In this document: piece after piece, positions 10,969-21,592 of the stretch
How positions within the stretch are numbered: the first letter of the stretch is position 1
How the letters are laid out: each line of letters opens with the position of its first letter
Source of the DNA: Octopus bimaculoides
Taxonomy: Eukaryota
Direction of reading: 5' to 3'
Length of the DNA: 32,372 bases
NCBI RefSeq assembly: GCF_001194135.2
Contig: NC_069005.1
Location: 30,534,015 to 30,566,386 of the forward strand
Notes under the pieces: model-generated
Databases searched by the model: none
Told to the model about the DNA's origin: nothing
Seen by the model: the letters and a program-made list of their open reading frames with translations, nothing else
Translations under genes and position numbers: made by a program

Positions 10969-11547
10969 TAGATAGATAGATTGTTTTGCTAACAAAGGGA
11001 AAGGTACTCAACACATGATATAGAGTTTATATTTATTTGGAATCAGTTAATCATTTTTCGTGTTATTTACGCTGGTTCACGCAATTACGGACGAACTGAA
11101 CTGTAAGAAATAGATGTATTAAAATGTAATCAGTTAAGCGGACTATCATTGGTCGAGTTCGTTTAGGTGGTTGTTCGTGTTGCAGGCTTGGAAGGTAACG
11201 TTGCTGCAAATCCGCTTTTGTTGCAATGATGCCAAGGAAATCAGATCTAAATTGTTATTGTTATTGGTAGATACACTGTGTCGCTTATAACATACAACTA
11301 TGATGATCATAAGAGGCCTATGTGTATATTGGGTGGATGGTACTTGTTCAGAAAGGATTATGTCTGGTGGCGGCAAATGGACAATATATGTCTTCTATTC
11401 AACGATATTGCTGGCTTCTTAGGTTCTAGAATATCCCTTTCAAGGATGGCATGCTGTTTTTGTGCTCTGTTATGTGGGGTGGCTCGTGTAGAACTGCATT
11501 TTTTTTTTTGATGTTTTGTTGTTCCGAATATCAGGTCGGGTAACTTT

Positions 11548-11549
11548 AT

Positions 11550-11581
<32 letters not shown>

Positions 11582-11582
11582 T

Positions 11583-11628
<46 letters not shown>

Positions 11629-11672
11629 CAGCAGCAGTAGTAGTAGTAGCAGCATCAGAAGTAGTAGTAGTA
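11548..11672. repeat. (TAG)n/(CAG)n trinucleotide repeat
   Basis: Read directly from the sequence. Confidence 0.95.
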
Positions 11673-12017
11673 GGTAGGCAGATGAGCCAGGGATTTCAGA
11701 CTCATAGTAGAAAGATTTACTGGACATAGGTTAATGTTTGACAGTTTGGAAGGACAGGTTTTCTGATTTCAACAAAGACAATACATAGAGAGTGATGCGA
11801 GCCATGCAGACACGAAACAAAAAGTCGTGTGTTATATATATATCGCTGGCAATAGTTTCATAACCCATAACAAAACCCTTAATAAACCTGCAAACTATTT
11901 GAGTATCGGATCAGAGACTTTTGATAAATGTCTTCACCTCAATAATCACTTGTTAAACATTAAAAAGATCGTGGATTAATGCTCATGAATGGATTTTTAC
12001 TGAATCATTTACCAAAA

Positions 12018-12061
<44 letters not shown>

Positions 12062-12643
12062 NNNNNNNNNNNNNNNNNNNNNNNNNNNNNNNNNNNNNNN
12101 NNNNNNNNNNNNNNNNNNNNNNNNNNNNNNNNNNNNNNNNNNNNNNNNNNNNNNNNNNNNNNNNNNNNNNNNNNNNNNNNNNNNNNNNNNNNNNNNNNNN
12201 NNNNNNNNNNNNNNNNNNNNNNNNNNNNNNNNNNNNNNNNNNNNNNNNNNNNNNNNNNNNNNNNNNNNNNNNNNNNNNNNNNNNNNNNNNNNNNNNNNNN
12301 NNNNNNNNNNNNNNNNNNNNNNNNNNNNNNNNNNNNNNNNNNNNNNNNNNNNNNNNNNNNNNNNNNNNNNNNNNNNNNNNNNNNNNNNNNNNNNNNNNNN
12401 NNNNNNNNNNNNNNNNNNNNNNNNNNNNNNNNNNNNNNNNNNNNNNNNNNNNNNNNNNNNNNNNNNNNNNNNNNNNNNNNNNNNNNNNNNNNNNNNNNNN
12501 NNNNNNNNNNNNNNNNNNNNNNNNNNNNNNNNNNNNNNNNNNNNNNNNNNNNNNNNNNNNNNNNNNNNNNNNNNNNNNNNNNNNNNNNNNNNNNNNNNNN
12601 NNNNNNNNNNNNNNNNNNNNNNNNNNNNNNNNNNNNNNNNNNN

Positions 12644-12684
<41 letters not shown>

Positions 12685-12854
12685 AAAGTGGAATGAGATA
12701 ATAAAGATTTTTGGTTCAAGTGTGTGGAACGAATAATTCTTTTTGTTTTCTGTGTTCTTGTCGTTATAATTATCATTACTACTACTACTACTACTACTAC
12801 TACTACCACTAGTATTATCATTGTTGTTGTTGTTGTTGTTGTTGTTTTCACCCT

Positions 12855-12887
<33 letters not shown>

Positions 12888-12988
12888 TGATGGTGTTGTT
12901 GCTGTTGTTGTTACGCACAACTGTTACAAAATTACAGCTGTTGTTTTTGCTGTTTTTGTTGTTGTTGCTGCTACTTCTGCTACTGATG

Positions 12989-13026
<38 letters not shown>

Positions 13027-13206
13027 ACCGGTGCAGCCGTTGCATATGCTGCTACGCGTGTTACTGTGTTCAACAGGGAGAGAACTACAGCCTTATATGG
13101 TGTAGGCGGCCGAAACAAACACAAGATACACACATCCAAATGGTTTTGCATAAGATTGTTATCACTGACAGAGCGCCAACCAGCCGACAAGCGCTGCCCT
13201 CTATAT

Positions 13207-13262
<56 letters not shown>

Positions 13263-14153
13263 NNNNNNNNNNNNNNNNNNNNNNNNNNNNNNNNNNNNNN
13301 NNNNNNNNNNNNNNNNNNNNNNNNNNNNNNNNNNNNNNNNNNNNNNNNNNNNNNNNNNNNNNNNNNNNNNNNNNNNNNNNNNNNNNNNNNNNNNNNNNNN
13401 NNNNNNNNNNNNNNNNNNNNNNNNNNNNNNNNNNNNNNNNNNNNNNNNNNNNNNNNNNNNNNNNNNNNNNNNNNNNNNNNNNNNNNNNNNNNNNNNNNNN
13501 NNNNNNNNNNNNNNNNNNNNNNNNNNNNNNNNNNNNNNNNNNNNNNNNNNNNNNNNNNNNNNNNNNNNNNNNNNNNNNNNNNNNNNNNNNNNNNNNNNNN
13601 NNNNNNNNNNNNNNNNNNNNNNNNNNNNNNNNNNNNNNNNNNNNNNNNNNNNNNNNNNNNNNNNNNNNNNNNNNNNNNNNNNNNNNNNNNNNNNNNNNNN
13701 NNNNNNNNNNNNNNNNNNNNNNNNNNNNNNNNNNNNNNNNNNNNNNNNNNNNNNNNNNNNNNNNNNNNNNNNNNNNNNNNNNNNNNNNNNNNNNNNNNNN
13801 NNNNNNNNNNNNNNNNNNNNNNNNNNNNNNNNNNNNNNNNNNNNNNNNNNNNNNNNNNNNNNNNNNNNNNNNNNNNNNNNNNNNNNNNNNNNNNNNNNNN
13901 NNNNATATATCTATATATATATATGTATGTATGTATATATATTTGTATGTATGTGTGTATGTATGTAAATACATATAGACTTTCATACAGAGCAGATACA
14001 CGTGCGCACCGTAACATAGCTCTATACATCTGTACACAGACTGTGGAAACGTACGTACTAATATACATACGTATATGAGTGTGTGTGTGTTTGTGCACAC
14101 ATACACAGACACACACACGTACATATCTAAATGTATATGTGTATATGTATGCG

Positions 14154-14184
<31 letters not shown>

Positions 14185-14276
14185 ACATATGTATATATAT
14201 GTGTGTGCTTGTATATACATATATTATGTAACACTTATAGTCTTATTTATATACCATAGATATATATGCAATATGT

Positions 14277-14321
<45 letters not shown>

Positions 14322-14545
14322 CATATATATATATGCATATGCACACATACATATATATATATATACACCTATATATTCAAATATATATGTGTGTGTGTGT
14401 ATGTATGTATGCATTGTATGTATATAATATATATATGTATATATATTTATAAACATATATACATACATATATATATATAAACATATATACATATATATAT
14501 GCACATATATGTATATATATATATTTATGAGTAATATATATATAT
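12644..14545. repeat. (TG)n, (ACT)n, (GTT)n, (GCT)n, (CA)n and (TA)n tracts, including a gap at 13263-13904
   Basis: Read directly from the sequence. Confidence 0.9.
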
Positions 14546-14750
14546 GAACCTTACCTTATCTTTTATATTGTTATACTTTTATTTCTTTGTAACATAATTC
14601 TTGTTTCGAACTTTCTGTCAGTCTTAAACTCCATCCAACTTTTCCTACTCGTTTCTTCATTCATACACACACACAGATATTATTGATGTAAATTTGTTTG
14701 AAATGGTTTATCCTTTATGTATGAAATCTATATGGTCATCTGCGTCTGAA

Positions 14751-15007
14751 GGGCGCATGGCTTAGTGGTTCGATTCCTAGACCGGGCGTTGCGCTGTGCT
14801 CTTGGGCAAAGCACTTCATTTCACGTTGCTTTGCGATCATTTCGACATCTGACATGGGGCACCCATTGCACCTGTACAGGTAACGTCGATCTGATGGAGG
14901 GAGTGAGCTTATGTCTACACAAACATTTGATCACTATATACAAATCATCTGTGTGGTTGTTCGGTAAGAAATTGTCGAGCTATCATACGTCGTCTAACGA
15001 CGGGAGA
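14751..15007 (+). mobile_element. tRNA-derived CORE-like SINE with internal head deletion
   Basis: GGGCGCATGGCTTAGTGGTT is fused to CGATTCCTAGACCGGGCG, followed by CORE-like CTTGGGCAAAGCACTTCATTTCACGTTGCT and then (TAGA)n. Confidence 0.75.
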
Positions 15008-15018
15008 GTCCATCATGT

Positions 15019-15064
<46 letters not shown>

Positions 15065-15074
15065 TGAAAAACAA

Positions 15075-15200
15075 AAGATGAAGACAGGTGTATGAACAAG
15101 AAGCAGGTCTGTTAGTTTGACGCTCGGGAAAATGAAAAAATGAAAAATGAAAGTCTTTTACATTTCGAGCCTACGCTCTTCAACAGAAAGGAAATAGAAA
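15075..15200 (-). mobile_element. Penelope-like terminal-repeat relic containing the minimal hammerhead-like motif
   Basis: It contains the CTGNNGA..stem..GAAAYGTH motif typical of Penelope pLTRs. Flanking sequence shows weak similarity to 3555-3625. The class assignment is inferred. Confidence 0.4.
15155..15190 (-). ncRNA. Minimal hammerhead-like motif (variant core) in a Penelope-like terminal repeat relic
   Basis: Reverse complement reads CTTT-CTGTTGA-A-GAGC-GTAG-GCTC-GAAA-TGTA-AAAG: 4-bp stem I, 4-bp stem II with tetraloop, GAAA, and A(T)GT-A where the palindromic ACGT-H of minimal hammerheads would sit. The core deviates at A6 (U here) and 15.2 (U, a CpG-type change). Confidence 0.5.
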
Positions 15201-15509
15201 AAAAAAACAGAGAGAGAATGAAAAAAGAACCTGTCAATTTAGGATCAAGCATGGCGACTGATTAGAAAAGGAGTTTGAAAGAAGAGGTTGGAAGATAGGG
15301 AGAAAATAAAATTACAGTGACCCACCCCCACAACTGAAGGTGTGCGTGTATGTGAGAATGGTGTGTATCAATGTGCAAATATGTGTGTGTGAAGAGGAGT
15401 CAGTGACTTTGTGAAGTCTTTGACAAGTCTGGGTGCGGACGTGTGTATGTGTGTGCGTCTGTAACGTGTGTGTGCTTATATAGTGGTATGAGTGGTGACG
15501 TTATATATA

Positions 15510-15540
<31 letters not shown>

Positions 15541-15799
15541 AATTCTGGTATCAAATCAGGCTCCCTGTAACACGTTTGTCTATTTTAATCATTTCCCGTG
15601 CGATCAGATCTGTAAATTTTTGTAATCTGTCGCTCGAGAAATCAATCTTCAATTTGTTTGAGGGCAAAAGGGACACTTCTCTTTCTTTCTTTCTACATCT
15701 TAGTAACTCACTTCTAATATTAAATCAGATTTCCAGACAAATGCCGTCTGATTATAATTTGGTAATTTTAATAGCACTCGCGTTAATCTTGTAACTAAA

Positions 15800-16307
15800 T
15801 TCTTCGTCTCCTCCCCCTCTCCCTCTCTTTCTCTCTCTCCAACTCTCTCTCACTCTTTCACTCTCTCCCTTTCTCTCTCTCTCTCTCTCTCCAGTTCTCT
15901 TTCTCTCTTTTTTCTCTCTCTCTCCCTCACTTATTGAGTCTTTCTCTACCTCTCTCTCTTGTTGTCTCTCTTTGTCGTCTCTCATTCTCTCTCTCCTCAC
16001 ACACATACACACACACTCATTCTTTCTCTGTCTCTCTCTCTCACACACATTCACACATACCCACACGCATTCTCTCACTCCCTCCCTTTCTTCCATTTTC
16101 TCCCTCTCTCTTTACTTCTCCCCAACTACATCACAATTTCATTACACCTTAGATATACAACACATCCACGAACTATAACTATGTAATATCACTCACAAGT
16201 CCGTGTGTGTGTGTGTGTATGTGCATGTACATACATATATGTGTGTGCTTGTGTGTCTATGAGTGTGTATGTATGTATGTATATATATATATATACACAT
16301 ATATACA

Positions 16308-16341
<34 letters not shown>
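15800..16341. repeat. (CT)n-rich pyrimidine tract and TG/TA microsatellite
   Basis: Read directly from the sequence. Confidence 0.9.
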
Positions 16342-17044
16342 NNNNNNNNNNNNNNNNNNNNNNNNNNNNNNNNNNNNNNNNNNNNNNNNNNNNNNNNNNN
16401 NNNNNNNNNNNNNNNNNNNNNNNNNNNNNNNNNNNNNNNNNNNNNNNNNNNNNNNNNNNNNNNNNNNNNNNNNNNNNNNNNNNNNNNNNNNNNNNNNNNN
16501 NNNNNNNNNNNNNNNNNNNNNNNNNNNNNNNNNNNNNNNNNNNNNNNNNNNNNNNNNNNNNNNNNNNNNNNNNNNNNNNNNNNNNNNNNNNNNNNNNNNN
16601 NNNNNNNNNNNNNNNNNNNNNNNNNNNNNNNNNNNNNNNNNNNNNNNNNNNNNNNNNNNNNNNNNNNNNNNNNNNNNNNNNNNNNNNNNNNNNNNNNNNN
16701 NNNNNNNNNNNNNNNNNNNNNNNNNNNNNNNNNNNNNNNNNNNNNNNNNNNNNNNNNNNNNNNNNNNNNNNNNNNNNNNNNNNNTATATATATATATATA
16801 TATATAATCTGACAGTTTTTCTTCTCCCCTTTACTGAAGACTTATAAGAGCAGTACGAATACCACCAATTTATCAAGCAGCTTCTCTGCTTAAATAATTC
16901 TAATATAATTCTTATCTTATTTTTAGTCCAACAACTTATGCGAGATCTGTACTTGTAACTCCTACGCTCAAATTCCGTCTCTTCTCTTCTTCTCCATTAC
17001 TCTTCCATTACGCCCCCCCGTTTCTGCTAATCTGTTGCATGTTC

Positions 17045-17228
17045 CAGTCATTAGACTGCGGCCATTCTGGAGGTCCTGCATTGAAGGGTCTTAGCTGAAC
17101 GAATCAACCTAGTACTCAGCTCAGGCTATAGTAGAAGACTCTTGCCCAAGATGCCGTGCTGCGAAATTGAACGCGAGTCCATATGATTGGGAAACAAGCT
17201 TCTTAACAGCATGACCACATCTGTGCCT
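17045..17228 (-). mobile_element. SINE with CORE-like 5' half joined to a Meta-family-like 3' half
   Basis: Reverse complement of 17228-17120 matches the SINEs at 30469 and 24424 (TAAGAAGCTTGTTTCCCAA...CTTGGGCAAGAGTCTTCTACTATAGCC). 17115-17045 continues TACTAGGTTGATTCGTTC...TGGCCGCAGTCTAATGACTG. Confidence 0.65.
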
Positions 17229-17296
17229 ATGTGGTACGTTCACTAATTATCTTTTATGAAATATTGTTGTTTTGTTTCATATCATATTCTAGCATA

Positions 17297-17435
17297 AGAG
17301 CAGTGGTTTGACAGAATCGGTCGAGCATCGGAGAAAAGTGCGTTGTGGTACTTTTCACGTCAAATTTCATTTTAAGTTCAAATCTCAATGAGGTTAACTC
17401 TGCCTTTCATCTGCCCTGGGTCGATAAAATATATA
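17297..17435 (+). mobile_element. Diverged Meta-core SINE (further fragments to ~17610)
   Basis: TTGACAGAATCGGTCGAGCATCGG head, AGTTCAAATC B-box and GCCTTTCATCTGCCCTGGGTCGATAAAAT core. Confidence 0.7.
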
Positions 17436-17829
17436 CTATCAATCAAACAAGCTAAAATAAATTTTCTGACCTTTGTTCAAATCACGTTGATGTCAACTTT
17501 CCAGGTCGATAAAGAATTATTCAGGAGCAATGGATTTAAGAGTTTGATTAGAATGTAAGATGAGATGCTGTAAGGTATCTGTTCTAGCTCGTTGTGTTCT
17601 GAGCTCAAATTCTCCCCCCTTAATGGAGTCCCACTAAGGCGTGTGGTCTCATGATCAAGGTGTTGAGTTTCCTCCAGCGAAGGAGTGACTGAGTGTAAGG
17701 ATTAGTGCGCGCTCAGGAGGGAGTTGAGTACAACCAGGTTGATGAGAGGAGGAGAGATTAATGAGCAGGGAATGCTTGAGTAGAAGTGATATGAGCCCAG
17801 CTAGCTCCAAAGTACAGAGGCCAATATAT

Positions 17830-18140
17830 TAGGTCATGCGTTCGATTTCTGGGCCGAGCAGTGCATTGCTACTTTGAGCAAGACACTTTATTTATTTCAC
17901 GTTGCTACACTCTACTCAGCTGAAAATGGGTTCCAGCCGGTCGCTGCTGCAGCTCTCCCACCCTGAGCTCAGTGAAACATCTTGGATGTTCCACTGAGTT
18001 GTGAGAGTCTCAACAGAGTTGCTCAACCTGCTAGAAATAGCAACCAAATCTCCCACAAATACTACTTCTTTTAAAAGAAGAGACACATTTGATGCTGTTT
18101 TCTTAGATGTATTATACCTGAAGCTAAGAAAGGGTAGTCA
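17830..18140 (+). mobile_element. Diverged CORE-like SINE followed by a dispersed repeat also present at 20235-20410
   Basis: GCGTTCGATTTCTGG B-box, then TTGAGCAAGACACTT...TTTCACGTTGCT. The anchor ACCTGCTAGAAATAGCAACCAAATCTC at ~18026 recurs as ACCTACCAGAAATAGCAACTAAATCTC at ~20252. Confidence 0.55.
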
Positions 18141-19029
18141 CTGATGGAAAGGCTTCACCGGTCGTCTTCGACGACCATTAGTCTGTTCGATTAGCTTTGA
18201 TCTGAAGCTAAGCAACCACAACAAGAACAACTTTCCGTCAAGGTACACAGTCCGACTAGAACACTTCCACGCACCCCTATATACAGCAGAAGCATCACTG
18301 GCGGGTGAGGAGTAGATGTCAATGTATACAGCACAGCTTGGCACATAAACAAAACAGATAACACAAGAGATAACACAACTGAAACAAAACAAAACCAAAG
18401 ATAACACAACTAATGTTTCTATACAATCTAAACAGCCAACAACAACACGCCCACGTAACCCACCGAGTGAACTACAATAATTCTTCTTCATATATCACAC
18501 ACACACACACATATACATGCTCGCGCGCGCACACACACACACATATACACATACATACACGCCTATCTACCTCGAACGCACGGTAAACGATCGCCCCCTT
18601 CCCGTTTCTCTTCCTTCCACGCAGCAAACAACACACTATACACACAGAGAGACACATGTACACACGCATTTACATCATTAAACAAAATTTAAAAAAAAAC
18701 TTTTACATGCTTCACGGTTGAATGGTGAAACTAGGAAACTAAGAAGCATAGCTGCAACCCGCAATGGCATAATCCTCAAACGAAACCTTCCTTAATTCTT
18801 TACCTCTCCTGTACATCACGTGCGAAACACTGGACATGTTTCCTTAGCATCTATGCATCATAAATGATAAGCATTCCCAATTTTTTTTCAACAATCAGAG
18901 TGACTTAAGACTTATGAAAGCAAAACTTTACATTACTCGAAACAAATAAAAAGACGATGGTTAAGTAAGACTTATGAAAATGCTTTGGACAGGCTGAACA
19001 TATTTCCTTGGCACCCATGCATTATATAT

Positions 19030-19190
19030 GGCACACATTCCCTATGCAGGTTTCCTTGGCTTTTGGGGAGGATATTGAAGAGCTGGGGGCCCTTGAAACT
19101 AAAGTTATTGCAGTATCTGGTCCTGTGTCTTGATAGTAATTTTGGGATCTTTGGCACTATGCAGTGTCACCCAGTTCTGCTGACAATAAT
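19030..19190 (-). mobile_element. CR1/L2-type LINE ORF2 C-terminal fragment
   Basis: RTG*HCIVPKIPKLLSRHRTRYCNNFSFKGPQLFNILPKS resembles the post-RT G..LFN.LP motif of CR1/L2-group LINEs. Confidence 0.7.
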
Positions 19191-19542
19191 CTGAGAACGA
19201 CTCTAGGCATCGAAGCGAAGAGTTTGAGCCATCTTTTCTGGAGACCTTTCAAGATAGAGACTGTGAACAACTTGCAAAGGGCCTTACCACAGCAGTGCTA
19301 TAGGAACAGGAGTTACCTGTTGGAGACAAGCTCTATAGGCACTGCTGTTCTTGCTGTTGCTTTTGTTGTTGTTGTTGTTATTGTTGAGGCGAGCGAATGA
19401 TTAGTAGGATCGGTAGAGCGTCGAGTAATGTTGTCGGTGCTGGAGATGGTGAGGTGGTAGTGTTGATGATGGTGGTGCCCTGGTAAGAATGTAGGCGGTG
19501 GTGATAGTAGTAGCCTCTCTAATGGTAACAGTAGCAACATGT

Positions 19543-19544
<2 letters not shown>

Positions 19545-19596
<52 letters not shown>

Positions 19597-20014
19597 TGTC
19601 GAAGTGAGTATCTCGGTGGTAGTGGTAAGTTCTCTATTACCGCTACTACTACTACTACTACTACTACTACAACCCAAACCACAAAGGTCACTGACTTAGT
19701 GAAAAGGTCAAAAGGTCATCGCATAAACATAGACGGATATTCTAGTCGTGAGTCCAGAAGTGATGTTTCCTGATGATGCTGTGTATGGCGACCTCTGTCG
19801 GTGATGCTGGTAAATAAAACCGGAAGAACGGTTTCAGCCTCCATTTTTGCGTTGCATTCGTTGCATTTTGCACGAGTTCTGTTGCAGGTTTCTGGTGCAC
19901 TTTGCACAGACGCTGATCTCATGTGTTTTTTTTTTTTGTTTTTTGCAGTCATCTCTTGTCTGATGTGATCGGGTTTATTTCTGGATATTAGTGGCGTTTT
20001 GGGGGGGCTGTCGA

Positions 20015-20049
<35 letters not shown>

Positions 20050-20175
20050 ATGGTAGTGGTGGTGATGATGACGACGATGACGACGACGAGGAGGAGGAGA
20101 AGGAAGAAGAGAAGGGGAGGAAAACGATGATGATGACGACGACGATGATGATGATGATGACGGCGGCGGCGGATG
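19545..20175. repeat. Trinucleotide low-complexity tracts (TAG, CTA, GAT, GGT, GAC, GAG)
   Basis: Read directly from the sequence. Confidence 0.85.
19685..19718 (+). promoter_or_regulatory. Cluster of three AGGTCA nuclear-receptor half-sites including a perfect DR2
   Basis: AGGTCA at 19685-19690, 19705-19710 and 19713-19718. This is a motif match only; function is untested. Confidence 0.35.
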
Positions 20176-20234
20176 TAGTTGCAGTGGAGGATGTGAATCA
20201 TTTGTATCCCATTTCCACAACAGAGTTTTGAAGC

Positions 20235-20412
20235 CCGTTCATGGTCATCCGACCTACCAGAAATAGCAACTAAATCTCTCTTAAAATCAACAGACCTATT
20301 GTTTTTAAAAACAATAAGGACAAGTTAGAGATTATGTAATCCTAACTTCACTAAACTTGAAGACAAAAAACATGACGAGATGGCCACGATAGGAATGCTT
20401 TTGATCATTGGT
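20235..20412 (+). repeat. Dispersed repeat homologous to 18020-18140
   Basis: It shares the AGAAATAGCAAC.AAATCTC anchor and has downstream similarity. Confidence 0.55.
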
Positions 20413-20471
20413 CTGTTCAATACGAGTTTACTCGGAGCAACAAGAGAAACATCTCACACACACACACACAC

Positions 20472-21301
20472 ACACACATACAAACTGAAATGATTCCCTG
20501 AGAGAGTTGAGACTATTCTGCACAATGAACTTGGCATGACGTAGGTTTCTTCTGCTCGGTGGGTGCCACGTCTTCAGGCCCTGACCAAAAGCTCACCGGG
20601 CTGATCACATCACGAGAAAACCTGACCTTGTTTGAGGCAAATCCAGGTGGTTTCCTAGAATGTTACCTCACCCAGGATGGGTTAGGTTCATTACTTTGAG
20701 CCCTAGAAAAAGACCTAATCCATGCAGAAGAAACAGGCCACCTCGCCTACTTCAAACAAGGCCAAGGTTGTTTCATCAGCAGGGAAGGGGATTGCCACTG
20801 TTTTGTGGTGTGCAAAAGGCATTGTATTTATAGAGGTCCACAATGGACATTGTGGTCTTTCAAGAGGGCCACAATGGACGGAACAATACCAAGTTGCTGA
20901 AGTAGTTACAAAAGGGTATCAAGATCAAACGTCCTGGAAAACCGACGAAAGACAATGCTCCAGCACCCAAGTCCTCCGTTTCAATGGCTGCTGTGGCATC
21001 AATATGGCTTCCTGTTCTCCTGATTTGGCCCCCATCTGACTATCGTCTGTTCCTCAACGTGAAATAACACCTGGCTGGGAACCAGTATTGCCGTGACGGA
21101 TGACGTCATATCTGCTGTTGATGACTATTTTGAGCAACAGGATGAACGCTTCTTCGCCAATGGGATCCAAACACAGCAACACCGATGGAAGGAGTGTGTG
21201 GACTGCAAGGTGGGGGGGGGGACCATGTTGAAAAATGAACCTCATTTGATCATCACATTCCATGAGAGTAACTTGGTCAGCCTATGAACTTTGCAGTCGT
21301 A
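20472..21301 (+). mobile_element. Mariner transposase pseudogene, family 3, with right terminus
   Basis: ERVETILHNELGMT*VSSARWVPRL, KAKVVSSAGK, DNAPAP, SPDLAP(+1)SDYRLF and DDVISAVDDYFEQQDERFFANGIQTQQHRWKECVD. It ends in a mariner-like terminal sequence CTTGGTCAGCCTATGAACTTTGCAGTCG-TA. Several internal deletions and frameshifts are present. Confidence 0.93.
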
Positions 21302-21329
21302 AATAAACCTCAAAGAAAAACATAAATAC

Positions 21330-21479
21330 TTACATACATATTCATTCACGCATACATACATGCATACATACATACACAAACAGATACGTGTATATATAAA
21401 AGCACACATACACATAAATATATATATGTGTGTACATATATACACACATTTGTGTGTGTGTGCGTGTGTACATATATGC

Positions 21480-21538
<59 letters not shown>

Positions 21539-21555
21539 CACATATGTATATGTGC

Positions 21556-21592
<37 letters not shown>

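Noticed and set aside
18196-18304. Possible + strand exon FDLKLSNHNKNNFPSRYTVRLEHFHAPLYTAEASLA with AG/GT borders
   Set aside because: The acceptor is weak and I do not recognise a protein family; the faint resemblance to a cadherin F..P.Y.A motif is insufficient.
19470-19606. Gly/Ser/Asn-rich frame ending at a strong GTGAGT donor
   Set aside because: There is an in-frame stop at 19467-19469 with no acceptor in between, and the content is mostly (AGT)n.
19925-19995. Strong polypyrimidine acceptor TTTTTTGCAG at 19948
   Set aside because: All three downstream frames stop within 45 nt, and no linked exon was found.
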